Of a stretch of 64,000 nucleotides of DNA, positions 61,315-64,000 are shown one piece after another; the stretch's first letter is position 1; each line of letters starts with the position of its first letter. This stretch comes from an uncultured Clostridia bacterium (GTDB lineage Bacteria > Bacillota > Clostridia > TANB77 > CAG-508): contig CAKOSX010000001.1 of assembly GCA_934119935.1 (NCBI GenBank), positions 268,299 through 332,298 on the forward strand, read 5' to 3'. Made by a program: the position numbers and the translations under genes. The notes beneath the pieces are model-generated. The model was not told the origin of the DNA and did not search any database. It saw only the letters and a list, made by a program, of their open reading frames with translations.

Positions 61315-63975
61315 ATGGAAAAAGTAAAAAAATACGGTAAATTTTTAATTCCACCAGCGATTGCAATAGCCATAACGCTAATTTTATATGCAATTAAAGG
61401 AATTTATCCTTTTGGTGGAATGACTGTCGCACATGCGGATATGGGACAATCTTACGAGACTTTTTATCATCTATTATGGGACATATTAAGAGGTGGAAAA
61501 TCTCTATTCTATTCATACACTTTAGGTAGTGGTTCAAATGTATTTGGAGGAGTATTACTTGATGGATTTGCAAGTCCATTTGCATGGTTAATTGCTTTAT
61601 TCAAGAGAGAAAATATAATATATGCATTCTCGTATTTATTATTAATAAGAATAGCATTTATAGCTCTATCAACATACATATTCTTTGACAAAATATACAA
61701 GAAAAGTGAGAACGAAGGCTCGAGTTTAGAGTTTTGGAAAGTTTTATTTAGCGTAATGTACTCATTATCTGCTTATGTTTTAATCAGTTATACAAACATA
61801 ATGTGGCTTGATGTTGTTGCAATATTCCCAATTTTCTGCTTAGGAGTGCACAGACTTCTTACACAAAATAAATCTGGACTATTTATTGTAACACTAACAT
61901 TAAGCTTGATAATTAGCTACTATATATCATACATGATTCTATTCTTTATATTATCTTGCTTGCCATTTGCAGTATTCTTCTATGCAAAGAAAGAAGATAG
62001 AAAAAGAGTCGCAGGAAAAATTGTAATTGCAGTAATTTTATCACTATTTTTATCGATGTTTTCTTTCTTACCAGCATTTTCACAAACAATGAGTTCGTAC
62101 AGAATGGCTGGACAAAAGGCTACAATAGTAAGAAATTACGAAGCAGGAATGAAACTAACATTCTTAATGCTATCATCACTAAGTTTATTAGGAACTGTAA
62201 GCTTAGTAAAATACTTCAAAAAAGACAATACAGTAAAAATGATGTTATTAAGTCTATTGGTTTGTGGAGTTTTGCCCATACTATTTGAAAGGATAAATAT
62301 GCTATGGCATACAGGTTCACACAACAGCTTTCCATTCAGATATGGTTTTATACCAATATTTGTTATGATGAATTGTGCAATGTACTACATTACAAAATAT
62401 TACAAAAATGATAAGAAATTTGAAATAGCAGACGTTATCTTTATAATTTTAGCATTTATACCAATTATAATTTTAACACCAAAAACAATAGCAGAAATAA
62501 ACCAAAATCAACCTGCATTCAGAATTACAACAAATAACTTTTTATCAATCTGTATTCAAACAGTTTTATTTGCGTACATCATAAGGGAACTTTTGAAAAT
62601 AGAAAAAATAAAATTGAGAAATGGGCTAATAGCATTTGTTGTGATTGCTGAAATTATACTTCATGGATTAGCTTATATTGGAGTACCGGAAAGTGCAAGA
62701 GGAGGAGCGGAACATTCTGATAGTTCAATTTTAGTAGCAGACAATTTGTTAGAAAAATTCAAGACAAATGAAACAAAACTTTACAGATATAGAGATCCAG
62801 ATCAAAATTTGACAGAAAACTATCCATTGGTATTAGATGCTCCATCAATGTCTACATTCTTACATGTAATAAGCAAAGAACAAGTAGAAACACATTCAAG
62901 TTTAGGATACACCAGAAACTACACAAAACTTGGAGATGCAGGAGGAACACCAATTTCTGATGCGATTTTAGGCGTAAAATATGTATTCTCGAATAGTGAT
63001 CTAGACGACGAAATATTCAAATATGATGGAACATCTAAAGAAAATATTAATCTATATGAATACAAAAACGTACTTCCTTATGGAATTATATATGAAAACA
63101 ATAATGACATAAGCACTATACCACAGGCAGATGATATTTATGCAACACAAAACTATGTATATAAACAACTATTCAATAAATCTGATGACATAATAGAAAA
63201 AGTAGATTCGGAAAGAGAATCAATCAGTAAAGATGAAAAAGTCGAAACCTTCAAGTACAAAGTAAAAGTAAATGAAAAATCATATTTATATGTGTATGGA
63301 AGTGAAGAAGACACATTACTATACAGCATAAAAGTAAATGGAGAAACAGTAAGAATACCTTGGATTAACGATTATGAAAACACAATATACCCATATAGAT
63401 ATAGCAATGGACTTATAAATTTAGGTAAATTTGAAAATGAAGAAGTAGAGATAGAGGCAAGAAGTTACAAAGAAAAATGCAACTTAAAATTTGCCACATT
63501 ATCACTAGAAAAATATGAGAATGCATTTGCAGACTACAAAGAAGAATGCACTAAAGATATAAAAATAGAAAGAAACAAAATAAGCATTAAAATAGAAAAT
63601 GCAAAAGCGGGACAAAAACTATTCTTACCAATTACTTATGACGCAGGCTGGACAGGCACAAACAATGGTGAAACAACAAATGTAAACAAAACATTCAATA
63701 CATACATGAGCCTTGATTTAAAAGAAGGAACAAATGAAATAGAACTTACATTCATACCAGCAAAGATGAAGTTAGGAATAGAACTATCTATAGCTACACT
63801 TGTAATAATATTGATATACACATTCGGAATAAAAAGATTTATAAAAAAAGACGGACTGTTAGACAAGATAATAGTAAATATAGGATTCGGAATTTATATT
63901 GTAATAACAGTGGGATTCTATTTAAAAGTATATGTAATGTGCATAATACAATCAATAAAACAGTGGATAAGCTAA
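61315..63975 (+). CDS. yfhO: YfhO-family polytopic membrane protein (glycosyltransferase-like)
   Basis: About 890 aa with more than 10 TM and a C-terminal extracytoplasmic domain plus terminal TM; start at MEKVKK with AAAGGAG RBS. Confidence 0.7.
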   Translation: MEKVKKYGKFLIPPAIAIAITLILYAIKGIYPFGGMTVAHADMGQSYETFYHLLWDILRGGKSLFYSYTLGSGSNVFGGVLLDGFASPFAWLIALFKRENIIYAFSYLLLIRIAFIALSTYIFFDKIYKKSENEGSSLEFWKVLFSVMYSLSAYVLISYTNIMWLDVVAIFPIFCLGVHRLLTQNKSGLFIVTLTLSLIISYYISYMILFFILSCLPFAVFFYAKKEDRKRVAGKIVIAVILSLFLSMFSFLPAFSQTMSSYRMAGQKATIVRNYEAGMKLTFLMLSSLSLLGTVSLVKYFKKDNTVKMMLLSLLVCGVLPILFERINMLWHTGSHNSFPFRYGFIPIFVMMNCAMYYITKYYKNDKKFEIADVIFIILAFIPIIILTPKTIAEINQNQPAFRITTNNFLSICIQTVLFAYIIRELLKIEKIKLRNGLIAFVVIAEIILHGLAYIGVPESARGGAEHSDSSILVADNLLEKFKTNETKLYRYRDPDQNLTENYPLVLDAPSMSTFLHVISKEQVETHSSLGYTRNYTKLGDAGGTPISDAILGVKYVFSNSDLDDEIFKYDGTSKENINLYEYKNVLPYGIIYENNNDISTIPQADDIYATQNYVYKQLFNKSDDIIEKVDSERESISKDEKVETFKYKVKVNEKSYLYVYGSEEDTLLYSIKVNGETVRIPWINDYENTIYPYRYSNGLINLGKFENEEVEIEARSYKEKCNLKFATLSLEKYENAFADYKEECTKDIKIERNKISIKIENAKAGQKLFLPITYDAGWTGTNNGETTNVNKTFNTYMSLDLKEGTNEIELTFIPAKMKLGIELSIATLVIILIYTFGIKRFIKKDGLLDKIIVNIGFGIYIVITVGFYLKVYVMCIIQSIKQWIS

Positions 63976-64000
63976 AAAATTATAAAATTAATACATAAAC

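Overview
This window is a chromosomal segment from a low-GC (about 28-30% GC) Clostridia-like Firmicute; no species is assigned. Almost everything is on the + strand and belongs to a recognisable housekeeping backbone. In order: dacF-like PBP5 and vanW; rpmE-miaB-mutS; ireB-ruvX-DUF1292; rbgA-mrnC-tRNA-Glu-recN-M50 protease-tsaD; tig-clpP-clpX; queA-tgt-yajC-secD/F-like; a GH57/DUF4912/GT4 alpha-glucan cluster; FIST-ALDH-Fe-ADH; yfhO. Two accessory blocks interrupt this backbone. Block 1 (about 5.9-18.2 kb) looks like an ATPase-less remnant or derivative of a Gram-positive conjugation/type IV secretion module: two tandem paralogous VirB6/TrbL(ConG/TcpH)-like polytopic membrane proteins, a membrane-anchored bifunctional peptidoglycan hydrolase (glucosaminidase plus NlpC/P60), several single-pass membrane proteins, and inverted paralogous small Sec-signal/two-helix proteins with VirB2-pilin-like topology. 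No VirB4/VirD4 ATPase, relaxase or integrase is present. An orphan radical SAM/SPASM enzyme and rpmE sit inside the block. Block 2 (22.5-28.2 kb) replaces the expected mutL position after mutS. It holds an SH3-glucosaminidase, a lipoprotein, a TadZ/CpaE-like protein with two AT-hooks and a degenerate Walker A, and a membrane protein with a degenerate GGDEF domain. Other notable points: four independent single-C insertions immediately before GG break otherwise intact genes (tsaD, an HD-domain gene twice, and the hydrolase); a GC-rich 69-nt core sits between 23-bp perfect inverted repeats; a TGTACA-flanked 33-bp motif occurs twice; short palindromic repeats flank the Fe-ADH gene; and a 38-bp tandem duplication lies at the yajC 3' end. 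No CRISPR array, transposase or integrase was seen.
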